Positions 29,762 to 39,618 of a stretch of DNA of 64,000 bases are shown one piece after another (position 1 is the first letter of the stretch; each line of letters begins with the position of its first letter). Under the pieces are notes generated by a model. That model had not been told where the DNA came from. It ran no database searches and was given only the letters and a program-made list of their open reading frames with translations. The position numbers were made by a program, and so were the translations under genes. Source of the DNA: an uncultured Spirochaetota bacterium (lineage in GTDB: Bacteria > Spirochaetota > Spirochaetia > SZUA-6 > Fen-1364); NCBI GenBank assembly GCA_963745235.1, contig CAVUXE010000044.1, positions 64,001 through 128,000 of the forward strand, written 5' to 3'.

Positions 29762-29986
29762 CTATACGACTCTCGGCTCGGACGATGGGTCTTCCATGCT
29801 TCGAACAAAATGGACGGCGGCGGTCACTTTCGCAACCACCGCATCCTCCGGGAATCCTTTCGCTTTCAGCGCAGCGCGCCAGAGATCAAGACCATCGACC
29901 AGGAATATCCCTCGCATCCTGCAGAACCGGGCGTATTCTTTCGCGTCGCGAAGATAAGAAGGGCCGGGCGTGAAGGAACTGGCCAT
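29762..29986 (-). CDS. Hypothetical small protein (74 aa)
   Basis: GGAG RBS; co-oriented with neighbouring small genes. Confidence 0.45.
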   Translation of the reverse strand: MASSFTPGPSYLRDAKEYARFCRMRGIFLVDGLDLWRAALKAKGFPEDAVVAKVTAAVHFVRSMEDPSSEPRVV

Positions 29987-30135
29987 GTCTGGTCTCCCTG
30001 GAGTGTGAATGCGACGGGTGGATGTAATATACCATCATTTTCCGGTGTCGTGCACCGATGCCGGGGCCGGTGAAAAATGAAAATGGTAGTTTGTTGGTCA
30101 AATCAGGCGTATTCTTAGCTGAAACGGAGGATGTC

Positions 30136-30591
30136 ATGCCAAAAGAGCCAAAACAGAAGGACAAGAAGGGCAAGAAAGGCAAGGCCGGAGCTGAAAAAGG
30201 AGGGGTCTCCCAGGTAACCGTGACGATGCTGGGCGCTGGTGAAGCCCCCCACGCTCAGCTTTCGGTTGAGACCGGGGTCCTCTCCCTGGGATTGCCAAAA
30301 GGCGAGAAGGGAGATCGCGGGCCGGCTGGAGCACAAGGAGAGCACGGTCCCAAGGGGGACGCCGGCCAGCAGGGGCCCCAGGGACCCGTGGGGCCGCAGG
30401 GACCTCAGGGGGCACGGGGAGAGCCAGGGCCGCGCGGCGAAGCCGGAATGGGCGTCCGGTACGCTGGTGGGCCTGCGGAAGGGTCATCCACCTACCTCTT
30501 CGTGGACACGGACGGCAGTCTCAAGTTCGTGAGGCACGGGACGACTTTCGTCGTTCACCTGGTGCCGCCTGCGTCGCAGCCGGGGAGCTGA
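30136..30591 (+). CDS. Collagen-like protein, paralog of 27553-27897
   Basis: GGAGG RBS; Lys-rich N-terminus; 17 Gly-X-Y triplets; [14 protein letters not shown]-terminal domain. Confidence 0.8.
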   Translation: MPKEPKQKDKKGKKGKAGAEKGGVSQVTVTMLGAGEAPHAQLSVETGVLSLGLPKGEKGDRGPAGAQGEHGPKGDAGQQGPQGPVGPQGPQGARGEPGPRGEAGMGVRYAGGPAEGSSTYLFVDTDGSLKFVRHGTTFVVHLVPPASQPGS

Positions 30592-30627
30592 ACCTTCGGT
30601 CGTGTCAGCCCTCCCGTGTTTTTTCCG

Positions 30628-30959
30628 TCAGGCAGTGCGCGGGCTGTCTGCCCGGGGTTTTCCTTTTCCGCGCTCAAACCCGTCGAGGGCTTCCAGCTCC
30701 GTACGCTCCAGGGGGAGAAATCCGACAAGCCGGGTCAGCTCCATCACCTCCATGACCGAGGGGGGAACGCTCACGATTCGAAAAGCGAGCGCGTTCTTCA
30801 CGAGCATCGAGTTGATCGCAAGAAGCGCGCCGATCCCGCTGGAGTCGATGTACGTCTCGAGCACACCGTGTCCTCGAGTCGGAATGCGTCGTACAGATCG
30901 ATCTCGCCTGCGACATCGACGATGCAGCTCTCCTTGAAGAACCTGACCCTGATGTCCAA
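30628..30959 (-). pseudogene. STAS-domain anti-sigma-factor antagonist, frameshifted with an apparent internal deletion
   Basis: IVDVAGEIDLYDA in one frame and YIDSSGIGALL..VMELTRL in another; the usual intervening helix-strand segment is missing. Confidence 0.7.
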
Positions 30960-31031
30960 TGATACTCGCCCTCCTGCGATTGTGCGGCCTGTCGCCCTGC
31001 TGTTCATTCGCCGTGGTCGATTTTTCCGCTT

Positions 31032-31721
31032 CTACGCGGTGGCGATACGCTCCTCTTCCTCGGTTTCTGCGGCTGTGCGCGCCGCGAGGGTCAAAGTCGC
31101 CACGGTCTCATTGTCGGCCGCGCGAAAGGAAAATGCTTCCGGCCCGAATCCCAGGTTCTTGAGCATGAAGAGCATCATGACAATTCCCAGTCCAGCCCCC
31201 TCCAAGCCGTCCTGCGTGCGGGAATACGCGTCGGCGAGACAGGTATACTGCCTGACGATTCCAATCTTTTCTTCGATCCGCCGAATCTCCGCGGGAGCCG
31301 GCGTGGAGTTGTTGCGGACGCTGACGCGGACGCCCTTCTTCAGCTTGCGGAACTGGAACTTCACATACAGGCCGTTCTCCTTCAACCCCGCCAGGTAATG
31401 GGATATCTGCTCGATTGTCTCCGTCTTGAACCTTTCCATTCCCCGGGCGTAGTCGTCCTTGCTCAGGATGTCCAGGTTCTTTTCCTTGAAATAGAGGCGC
31501 TTCATGTTCGCCTTCTTTGCGTTTCCGGCCAGCTCATGGACGCAGTAGGCGAGGTTGTTCCGCAGCTGCTCCATCCCGGCGGCCTCCAGGAACGCTCCGA
31601 GGATCCTGTCGATATGAGCGCGCTCTCCGGGCAGGTACAGGGAGGTAGTGAGCGTCAACGTCCTCGAGTGGACAATCGCATAGTAGACGCTCTCCCAGAG
31701 ACCCCGCTTCCTCGCTGTCAT
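31032..31721 (-). CDS. Stand-alone GHKL/HATPase-like protein (RsbW-like), similar to the N-terminal domain of spirochaete HDOD proteins
   Basis: N-box-like HELAGNAKKAN, VRNN, G-box EGAGLGIV; AAGGAGG RBS; directly upstream of the STAS gene. Confidence 0.65.
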   Translation of the reverse strand: MTARKRGLWESVYYAIVHSRTLTLTTSLYLPGERAHIDRILGAFLEAAGMEQLRNNLAYCVHELAGNAKKANMKRLYFKEKNLDILSKDDYARGMERFKTETIEQISHYLAGLKENGLYVKFQFRKLKKGVRVSVRNNSTPAPAEIRRIEEKIGIVRQYTCLADAYSRTQDGLEGAGLGIVMMLFMLKNLGFGPEAFSFRAADNETVATLTLAARTAAETEEEERIATA

Positions 31722-31758
31722 GGCCGCCTCCTTGCGGGAGACAGAATCTGGCAATCGT

Positions 31759-31796
31759 GTTAGCTTTCCCTTTGGGTTCCCTTAATTTGCCGTTAA
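31759..31796 (-). promoter_or_regulatory. Pho-box-like repeats
   Basis: Minus strand TTAAC-N6-TTAAG-N6-CAAAG-N6-CTAAC. Confidence 0.65.
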
Positions 31797-31814
31797 TTCT
31801 GGCGAGGTGACAAC

Positions 31815-32351
31815 GTGCAGGCTCTGGACGTCCTCATCCTCCTCGACGCTGACGCGCAGTCAGACCTGTCGGCGTCCCTGGTGGGAAGGATCGAGGAAAT
31901 GGTTCGAACAAAGCGACATGCCATGGGCACCATTGAGCTGCGCGGGAAGGACATCCCGCCCTGCACGGGGTGCCTTCGCTGCCTCACCGCGCATCCGGGT
32001 TCGTGCGTGTACAAGGCATGCTTCGACGGAATTGCCGAGCAGGCTTCGAGCTGCCCCGTGGTCATCTTTTTGACCTCGGCGCCGTTCGGGACATTTTCAT
32101 CCGCGGTGAAGAACGTGATCGACCGGGGGGCTCTCGTCATCAGGAACCACGGCCGCTGCCGGCAGGTGATCATCGGGTACGGGGAGGACGCCACCGACGA
32201 GGAGCGCGCCACATTCATCGATATCACCGTCAAGCATCGGGGAGGTGCGGACATCGTCCACCCGGGGGCCGACGAGACCTTCGATGTGTATTTTGCCAGG
32301 TCACCGAGAGATTGCGAGGGGATCAGCGCGGCCCTCGCAGGCGCGCTGTGA
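31815..32351 (+). CDS. Flavodoxin-fold / iron-sulfur flavoprotein-like protein
   Basis: IPPCTGCLRCLTAHPGSC cluster motif; FGTFSSAVKNVIDR. Confidence 0.7.
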   Translation: MQALDVLILLDADAQSDLSASLVGRIEEMVRTKRHAMGTIELRGKDIPPCTGCLRCLTAHPGSCVYKACFDGIAEQASSCPVVIFLTSAPFGTFSSAVKNVIDRGALVIRNHGRCRQVIIGYGEDATDEERATFIDITVKHRGGADIVHPGADETFDVYFARSPRDCEGISAALAGAL

Positions 32352-32365
32352 GAGGGGCCCGCTGC

Positions 32366-33019
32366 ATGGAGAGCGTCTGCCTCGTGAACGGCAGCCTGCG
32401 GGGAAGAAAAGCCACCAGCGTCAAGCTCCTGGACCGGATGGAAGCGAAACTGGCCAAAGGTGAGCTCCGTATCGAGAGAGTGACGGTGCGACCCGGTGTG
32501 AGAGAACACTATCCGCCGGAGGTGCTTGCGGTAGCGTACGATGCGGATGTCATCATCATGGCATTCCCCCTTTTCAGCTATTCCCTTCCGGGCGCGCTGA
32601 CGGCTTTTCTCGAAGACCTGTCCCTTCATGCCAGGGCGTGTGGACCGTACGGCAGGCGCGCGAAGGTCTTCGCCATCATCAACTGCGGGTTCCCCGATCC
32701 GCGGATCACTCGGGAAGCTGTCAGGGTCGTGAAGAACTTCTGCGCCAGGGTGGGAATGAGGTATCGATTTTCCATCTCGCTGGGGACCGGGCCTGTCACT
32801 GCCCTGACCATGAGGGTGCCCTTCCTCAACCGGGAGCTGAAGAGAGCCTTCACGTGGATCGTGGCTGATATTGCGGGCGGCGACCTCGCAGAGAGAGAGG
32901 ACGTGCTCATCACGCCCATCATCCCCAAGAGAGCTCTCCTCAGGATCAAGGAGCACTACGAGAAGAAGTCTCTCGCGGTCAAGGCTCAGGCAAGCAGCCG
33001 AATGCGGGAAAAAACGTAG
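32366..33019 (+). CDS. Flavodoxin-like NAD(P)H-dependent oxidoreductase
   Basis: LVNGSLRG..S, AFPLFSYSLPG, INCGFP. Confidence 0.7.
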   Translation: MESVCLVNGSLRGRKATSVKLLDRMEAKLAKGELRIERVTVRPGVREHYPPEVLAVAYDADVIIMAFPLFSYSLPGALTAFLEDLSLHARACGPYGRRAKVFAIINCGFPDPRITREAVRVVKNFCARVGMRYRFSISLGTGPVTALTMRVPFLNRELKRAFTWIVADIAGGDLAEREDVLITPIIPKRALLRIKEHYEKKSLAVKAQASSRMREKT

Positions 33020-34095
33020 CTCAGGCGGTCTTTTTTCAGCACGGTCCGGTAGAAGTCCGTGCCTTCCAGCCGATGCGTGGTGGCTGCGTCGACGGGGGAA
33101 TGCCCGGCGCTTGTTTCCCGGCGCCCGTTGCCGCTGGCGAGATACCGGTCGCTCCTGCGCCTGTCGAACCAGTGCACGAGGGAGATCTGGCCCTCCGAGA
33201 TCTCGATGGCCGTCACACCGCGCTTGCCGATTGCGCAGCCCGAGTTGAAGAGACAGGGCACGAAGAGCTGCTCATTGTAGAGGCTGCTCCGCATGCCGTC
33301 CCTGCGGTCTTTCTCCCAGAGGTGAGCGAGCTCACCCTTGTAGCCCTCCACGACCTTCTCAATTGCGCGGCGCGCGCGGGGTGACACGGCGGGGTAGTCG
33401 CGGCACAACTGCTCGATGCGGAACCGCAGCGTGTCGATCTTGGACAGTGACTCGAAGAGGGGCCGGTGCGTGTGGCCGATGACGGAGACGATCTTGCGCG
33501 CACTCGAAAAGGCATACACCCTGTGCTCCGTGCGGTACCTCTTGGTGCTCTCGTAGTGCACGGGCAGGTTGCGGACATGGAGCCTGTTTGCAAAGTGGCG
33601 CAGGAAGAAACCGGAGACGTCGTTGAAGCGCTCGAAGAATATCGTGGCCTGGTGACCATGGAAGATGAAAATGGTGTCGGAGCCAAAGGACAGGCGCAGG
33701 GATGCGAGCAGGGGATGGTCGAGGAGCCGCGGATCAGAATGCCACAGCGATTCGTCATGGTTGCCAACTATCCGGTGGACCGTGGCGAACCTCCGAAAGA
33801 GCCCGTACAAGCTCGCCCAGCGCCGCCTGATTGAGTCGAAGGAAAAGCGCTGCAGCTCCTCGATATCCCCGTTGAGAACGAGGGAGAACCTGTTCGCGAG
33901 GTAATACCGGCGAAGGACCTCTTCAAGGAGCTCGCCGTTGGAAAGGAAATCGTCGCGGGTGCTGCCATCGCCGAGGTGCAGATCGCTCACCACCACCAAC
34001 CTGTCCGTCGCGGACAGCTCCAGGGTGGCGGATGAATCGAAGAGCTTCTGCAGCGTCTCCTCGATTGTGGAGGCAACCCCCTCCAGGACAGGCAT
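32986..34095 (-). CDS. Calcineurin-like metallophosphoesterase
   Basis: SDLHLGDG, LNGDIEEL, GNHD, FHGH, GHTH, NSG motifs; own ATG at 34095 after GAGGAGG. Confidence 0.85.
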   Translation of the reverse strand: MPVLEGVASTIEETLQKLFDSSATLELSATDRLVVVSDLHLGDGSTRDDFLSNGELLEEVLRRYYLANRFSLVLNGDIEELQRFSFDSIRRRWASLYGLFRRFATVHRIVGNHDESLWHSDPRLLDHPLLASLRLSFGSDTIFIFHGHQATIFFERFNDVSGFFLRHFANRLHVRNLPVHYESTKRYRTEHRVYAFSSARKIVSVIGHTHRPLFESLSKIDTLRFRIEQLCRDYPAVSPRARRAIEKVVEGYKGELAHLWEKDRRDGMRSSLYNEQLFVPCLFNSGCAIGKRGVTAIEISEGQISLVHWFDRRRSDRYLASGNGRRETSAGHSPVDAATTHRLEGTDFYRTVLKKDRLSYVFSRIRLLA

Positions 34096-34854
34096 CAGTC
34101 GCCCTCCTCGATCACCGGGAGCTTCTCTTTGAGCTCGCTCCAGAGCGCGCGGTAGGATTTGCCCGGCCGCGGAGCGGGGCCGGAAGCACGCCACGGGCCG
34201 TCGCGTCACCCCCATTCTCTCAATGTCCGACATCGAAGGGACGACGGACAAACACAGGTTGGCCTCACGGGCGGAAAAGACTTCCATGGTCTCCCGGTGA
34301 ACCCGCTTGCGCTTTTCCACCATTGAAAAGAACGGGACCAGGCGGAAACGGTCCAGGCCCTTGCGGCTGAAGAAGACCGAGATCTCCTCGAAGGATCGGA
34401 TGGAAAGGGGCGTGGGAATGAGGGGCACCAGGATCACGTCCGCCGCGCGAAAGACGTTTTCCGCAAGCAGCGAGGCGCCCGGGGGGCAATCCAGGAAGAC
34501 CCACCGGTAGGTTTTCGAGAGGGGGCGAAGCATGCGTCCCACCGCGCCGCGGGCTTTGCGCTCATCCGCGAGCTGCAGGTCGAGCTTCCGGTAGGAGAAT
34601 CGGGATGGCAGCACGTCCAGCCCGGGGAACGAGGTTTCCTGGGCGACAGCGGACACCTTGATCTTTCCCCTGACCAGCGAACGGCTCTTGCCGGTGCCGG
34701 CCGTGCGGCCCAGGAAGAAGCCGGCGGCCCCCTGCGGGTCCAGGTCCCACAGGAGCGTGCGGTCGCCGTCAGCGGCGGCAAGGCACGCCAGGTTCACGGC
34801 CGTGGTCGTCTTGCCGACACCTCCCTTGAGGTGGTACAGCGCAACGGTTGTCAT
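34095..34854 (-). CDS. ParA/Soj-family ATPase; frameshift near 34163 creates an apparent fusion to the next gene
   Basis: KGGVGKTT deviant Walker A, DLDPQG, LDCPPG; corrected C-terminus KSYRALWSELKEKL...GD* with TGATG overlap. Confidence 0.85.
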
Positions 34855-37050
34855 GACCGATCCCCGGAGAGGCGGGCCACCCAAAGATCGACGAGCGCGC
34901 GGGCAGATTCCCAGATGGTCACAAGCCTTTCCCGCTGCGCTCTCATGACATCGCGCTGAATCTGTATCAACGCTCCCAGCGCAAGGAGCCCGTCTGCCGG
35001 CTCGCACAGCGCGCGTTCCTGCGCCAGTCCGCTGAAGACCTCAACCGCCACGCGCGCGTCCTGGTGCAGCCCAAGACAGTCCTGGTAGGCAACGCACTCC
35101 TTGACCAGAGATGCGATGTCTTCATCCAGGATCAGCCGGAAGAACTCCGCCGTGTAGCGAAGGCGCTTGAAGAGAATGCGAAGGCGATGCAGCTCATCGG
35201 GAGACATCCCGTGGGGATCCAATCGAGTCCAGGGACCTATTTTCGCCAGCGCCTTCCTGATACGGATGCGGCCGAACTCATCCGCGGGCATCGGCGCCGG
35301 CGTTCCATTCCCCGGGGACGCCGGCACCGCCTTTGCCATGAGCTCAAGCAGCGCGGTGTAGCGAGGCGAGCTCAGAGCCGGGACCAGCTGGTCCCTCGCG
35401 CGGCTGCGTCGAGCGTCAAGCACACCGCTGATTGCCTGGCGAAAAGGCTGACTCGCGTCCGTCATGGCAAGCTGTCCTTCGAGCCGTCCACGCAGAACGT
35501 CGAGATCCCGCACCGCGCCGAGCGCGCCGGCAATCCAGGAAAGCTCGGTCCTGATGTCATCTCGATTCTTTGCCCCCAGCGCGTCGACGAACAGCCTGCC
35601 CGCAAAGCGGGCCCGGCGCGTGGCGACCCTGAGGTCGTGGACGAACTCGGGATCCAGGTCTCGCAGGGCCCCGGGGGTGTTGGCTTTCATCCGCCACGCC
35701 TCGCCGCTCAGGATCTTGCCGCACACCACGGCCACATCGTCGCCCTGGGCGGGGAGGAACTGCTGCGGCAGGGGCGCGCCGGGGAGAGGGACGCCCAGCC
35801 GGGATAACCCGAGGACCAGAAACGGCCCGTCAAGCTCCCCGAGCTTGAACGCTTTCTTGAGCAGCCCGACAAGGTAGTCGAGCTCGAGTGTTGAGGCCTG
35901 CAACCGGTCGAAGCCGAGGGTGACGACGGTCTGCGTCGGGACCTCATGCAGGAGCGAACGCACCTGCCAGGTGCCGATGGTCAATCCGAGGCTTGTCGCG
36001 GAGATGCTTGCGAGGGAGAGAACATTCTCTTTCAGCAGCGCTTCCATGTAGGGGACGCAGGGGGAAGAACGGGTGATCGCCTGAACGGAACGGGCAATGG
36101 GGCCGCCGTCCGGGGGAGCATCCCGGCCGCCTTTCTGCGCGTGCACCGCCCTTCCCTCGCGCAGGAGGCGCCACCGTGAATCCTCCGCAGTGAAGAAGAG
36201 CTCGAAGCCCTGCCGGTACAGGCTGCCACCCTGCGTGTCGAAATGCGATCTGGTCTCTTCCCGGTTCGGACCGGGTCCGAAGGCGATACCCAAGGCGCTC
36301 GAGCTCGGCGTGCACGCCCTCTTCCGTCGTTGCAGCCGAGTCCTCCAGATAGAGTACCCTGATGGCTCCCCGGGCCGCGGAGCGCAGCGGCGCGGCGGTG
36401 CGAGCCGGCCGTCGGGGCCGGGGACGGGCTCTGCCGTCATCAAGCAGCAGGAGCCCCTCCTCGAACTTCGAGCGGGGAGAAGGAACCAGGGACAGGTCCC
36501 TTCGGAGGGAAGCGAGGATGGAGAGAAGCTCCTCCCGTGTCCCGCCGGGCCGCAGCTCGAGCTCCAGCTCCAGGTATTCGCTCTCCCGCACCCCGGCAAT
36601 CACCCGCACCTGGTCCAGGCTCATTTCCGCGGCAACCCGCGACCCCTGCGCCAGCACTCGCACGAACCGCTCCTGGCGCACCTCGAACAAGGGAGCCAGG
36701 GGATCCTCCCCAATTATCCCGACGACCATCCTTTGCAGCTCGCTGTCAGGCCATTGCGGGGGTGGGGAGGCGTGATCCAGCTCAATCTCCAGCTCTTCCC
36801 GTTCATGAATGACCCCCGAGGGAGGTGTCAGGGACTTGGCGGTGACCTGGAGCTGCCCCGCCCGCTCGCGGAAGCGCAGCGCCCATCCCGCCGCCAGGAG
36901 CGAGCGGCCGGGGGTGTCCTGGTAGGTGTCCCTGACGGGAACGGTCTCCCCATCGGAGAGCGTGAAGCCCGACACCTCCCGCAGGGTCTTCACCCGGTTG
37001 AATGAAACGAGATCGGAAACAGTGAACTTCGCCTCTGTCTCCCGGCTCAT
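34851..37050 (-). CDS. CYTH plus CHAD domain protein (polyphosphate-binding); frameshift near 36265
   Basis: N-terminal ETEAKF..DTYQDT..LRFR..ELELEL..SKF (CYTH); C-terminal HDLRVATRR, RDLDV, HRLRILFKRLRY, QDCLGLHQD (CHAD). Confidence 0.85.
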
Positions 37051-37528
37051 GGCGCGAGCACGCGGGGGGAAGGAGCCACAGGAGAGAGCCGCGAGGCTTC
37101 AGAGGATCCGTGATGTCCACTCGGGCCAGGCCGCCTTTCTTGCACTCCACCCGGCCTCCCCCGATGCAGGCGGCAATTGTTTCGCTGAAATCCGGCTCGT
37201 GGCCAACGAGGAGGAGCGCTCCAACCTCCGCGTGGTCGGCAAGGATCTCCCGCAGCGCGGGGAGATCGAACCCCGGCGAAAGCCGCTTGTCGGTGAGAAG
37301 GGAATCCTGGAGGCCGAGGGACTCGGCCACTATTTGAGCGGTCTTCAGGGCGCGCAGCAGGGGGCTGGAAAGGATCAGGGCAATGCCCAGGGAAAGCTCC
37401 GCCATGGTCCTGGCCTCGCGCAGCATTCGGGCAGCCCCCTCTTCGCTCAGCACCCTCGCGTTGTCGTCACCCTTCCATTCCTCTTTGCCCAGCGCGTCGC
37501 CGTGGCGAAGAAAATACAGATCCATCAC
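37047..37528 (-). CDS. sixA: Phosphohistidine phosphatase SixA family; frameshift in C-run near 37065
   Basis: LYFLRHG, SSPLLRALKTA, LVGHEPD, KKGG; corrected end LLPPRVLAP*. Confidence 0.85.
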
Positions 37529-39618
37529 GCACCCCCTTGGATCCCGCGCCTCCTGATGAACTCGGCCTGCGAGTCGACCTGCTCTTCGCCGTCGCGGCGC
37601 TCCGGCCGCGTGTAGGTTCCATCGCTTGCCATCACCCTCGCCTTGGTGTTGTCTGCAAGGTAGGTGGCCAGCACGTCGTCACGGAGGTGGCGGATGAGCC
37701 GGGGATTGCTGACCGGGAAGAGGATCTCGACGCGCCGGTCGAGGTTCCGCATCATCAGGTCGGCGCTTCCCAGGTAGACTTCCTCCTGGCCGCCGTTTCG
37801 AAACCAGAACACGCGGCTGTGCTCCAGGAATCTCCCGACGATGCTCGTAACGTGGATGGTGTCACTGACTCCGGGGATGCCCGGGCGCAGGCAGCACATG
37901 CCGCGGACAATCAGGTCGATGCGCACGCCGGCCCGGGAGGCTTCGTACAGGAGCTGGATCATCGGCTTGTCCACGAGCGCGTTGATCTTGAAGATCATGT
38001 GCCCGGTGCCGCCGCCCGCCTGGTGCTGCATCTCTCGACGGATGAGCCCCTCCAGCCCGGAGCGCAGGTTGATGGGGGCAACAAGGAACCTGCGATATTC
38101 TCTTTTGTCGGAGTACCCGGTCAGGTAATTGAAAACGTCCGACGCATCCGCCCCAATGGCGTCGTCGCAGGTAAAGAGGCCGAGGTCGGTGTACTGCTGC
38201 GCGGTGACGGAATTGTAGTTGCCGGTCGAGAGGTGGACATAGCGGCGTATCCTCTCTCCTTCCTGGCGCACCACCAGCGCGATCTTGGAATGCGTCTTCA
38301 AGCCCAGGAGGCCGTACACCACGTGGACGCCTTCGCGCTCCAGGGCGCGAGCCCACTCGATATTGCTCTCTTCATCGAATCGCGCCTTCAGCTCGACAAG
38401 GACAGCCACCTGCTTGCCGTTGCGCGCGGCCTCCAGAAGCGTTTCAACCACGGGGGAATTGCGTCCAACCCGGTACAGGGTCTGCTTGATGGCAAGGACG
38501 GCCGGATCCCGCGCGGCGGCATCGAGGAAGTTCACCACCGGCGTGAATGAATCGTAGGGGTGGTGGAGAAGGATGTCTTCCCGCCGGATTGCGGCAAAGA
38601 TGCTCATGTCGGGGTCCTGGAGGGGAGGCGGCGTGGCCGGAAGAAACGGCGGGTACTTCAGGTCGGGCCGCTCCAGGTCGTGCAGCTGCGCTATGTCGCT
38701 CATTCCCAGGGGAGGCTCCAGTGTGTAGATGTCCCTGGTATCCACCTCCAGGTTCTCCACGAGTATGTCGCGGATGGACTCCGGCATGTTGGGGTCAACG
38801 GTGACGCGCACCACCCGTCCGAAGCGGCGCTGCCGCACCCCGCGTTCAATCGTCTCAAGCAGGTCCTCCGCCTCCAGCTCCTGGATGGAGACCTCGGCAT
38901 CCCGCGTCACGCGAAAGGGGTATGACTGCACCACCTTCATTCCGGGGAAAAGGGAGCCCAGGTTCGCGGAGACCACCTGGTCCAGCCAGACGAAGTTGAT
39001 CACCTGCTGCTTCCCGTCGGACTGCGGATGGACCTGCAGGAGCCGCGGCAGCGTGCCGGGAAGCTTCACCCGGGCAAAACGCTCCTGTCCCGCCGAATCC
39101 CGGATCACGAGGGCGAGGTTCAGGCTCATGTTGGAGATGTGGGGAAACGGCCTCCCCGGATCCACCGCAAGGGGAGTGAGCACGGGAAAGACCACCTCCT
39201 GGAAGTAATGGTCCACGTACGCCCTTTCGGCATCAGACAATGCCTCGTAGGCGAGGATGCGGACGCCGGCGCCCTCCAGCAGCGGGAGCAGCTTCCGCAG
39301 GCATGAGCGCGCCTGGAGCATCAGCTCCTGGGCGGCGGAGCGCACGGCCTGGAGCTGTCCGGAGGGCAGAAGGCCTGTCGCGGACTGCTCGCTGACCCCG
39401 GCCTCCACCTGCTGCTTCAGGCCCGAGACGCGGACCATGAAGAACTCCGCGAGGTTCGAGCTGACGATGGAGAGAAAGCGGACACGCTCCAGGAGCGGGT
39501 TGGCCGGATTCTCCGCTTCCTCCAGGACCCGGCGGAAGAAGTCCAGGAGGCTGAGCTCCCGGTCGATGAACAGGGCGGGATCGCCAAGATCAGCCGCGGC
39601 GAGCATTGCCTCAGGCAT
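37525..39618 (-). CDS. ppk1: Polyphosphate kinase 1
   Basis: DRELSLLDF, HHPYDSF, IKQTLYR, ELKARFDE, LKTHSK, GRFLEHSR, SADLMMRNL. Confidence 0.97.
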   Translation of the reverse strand: MPEAMLAAADLGDPALFIDRELSLLDFFRRVLEEAENPANPLLERVRFLSIVSSNLAEFFMVRVSGLKQQVEAGVSEQSATGLLPSGQLQAVRSAAQELMLQARSCLRKLLPLLEGAGVRILAYEALSDAERAYVDHYFQEVVFPVLTPLAVDPGRPFPHISNMSLNLALVIRDSAGQERFARVKLPGTLPRLLQVHPQSDGKQQVINFVWLDQVVSANLGSLFPGMKVVQSYPFRVTRDAEVSIQELEAEDLLETIERGVRQRRFGRVVRVTVDPNMPESIRDILVENLEVDTRDIYTLEPPLGMSDIAQLHDLERPDLKYPPFLPATPPPLQDPDMSIFAAIRREDILLHHPYDSFTPVVNFLDAAARDPAVLAIKQTLYRVGRNSPVVETLLEAARNGKQVAVLVELKARFDEESNIEWARALEREGVHVVYGLLGLKTHSKIALVVRQEGERIRRYVHLSTGNYNSVTAQQYTDLGLFTCDDAIGADASDVFNYLTGYSDKREYRRFLVAPINLRSGLEGLIRREMQHQAGGGTGHMIFKINALVDKPMIQLLYEASRAGVRIDLIVRGMCCLRPGIPGVSDTIHVTSIVGRFLEHSRVFWFRNGGQEEVYLGSADLMMRNLDRRVEILFPVSNPRLIRHLRDDVLATYLADNTKARVMASDGTYTRPERRDGEEQVDSQAEFIRRRGIQGGA

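Noticed and set aside
27163-31800. Prophage remnant or mobile island
   Set aside because: No integrase, terminase, capsid, transposase or att-like repeats; composition resembles the flanks and the promoters share a host motif.
32986-35007. 673-aa ParA-metallophosphoesterase fusion in the ORF track
   Set aside because: Removing one base near 34163 restores a normal ParA C-terminus ending in a TGATG overlap, and the second gene has its own RBS.
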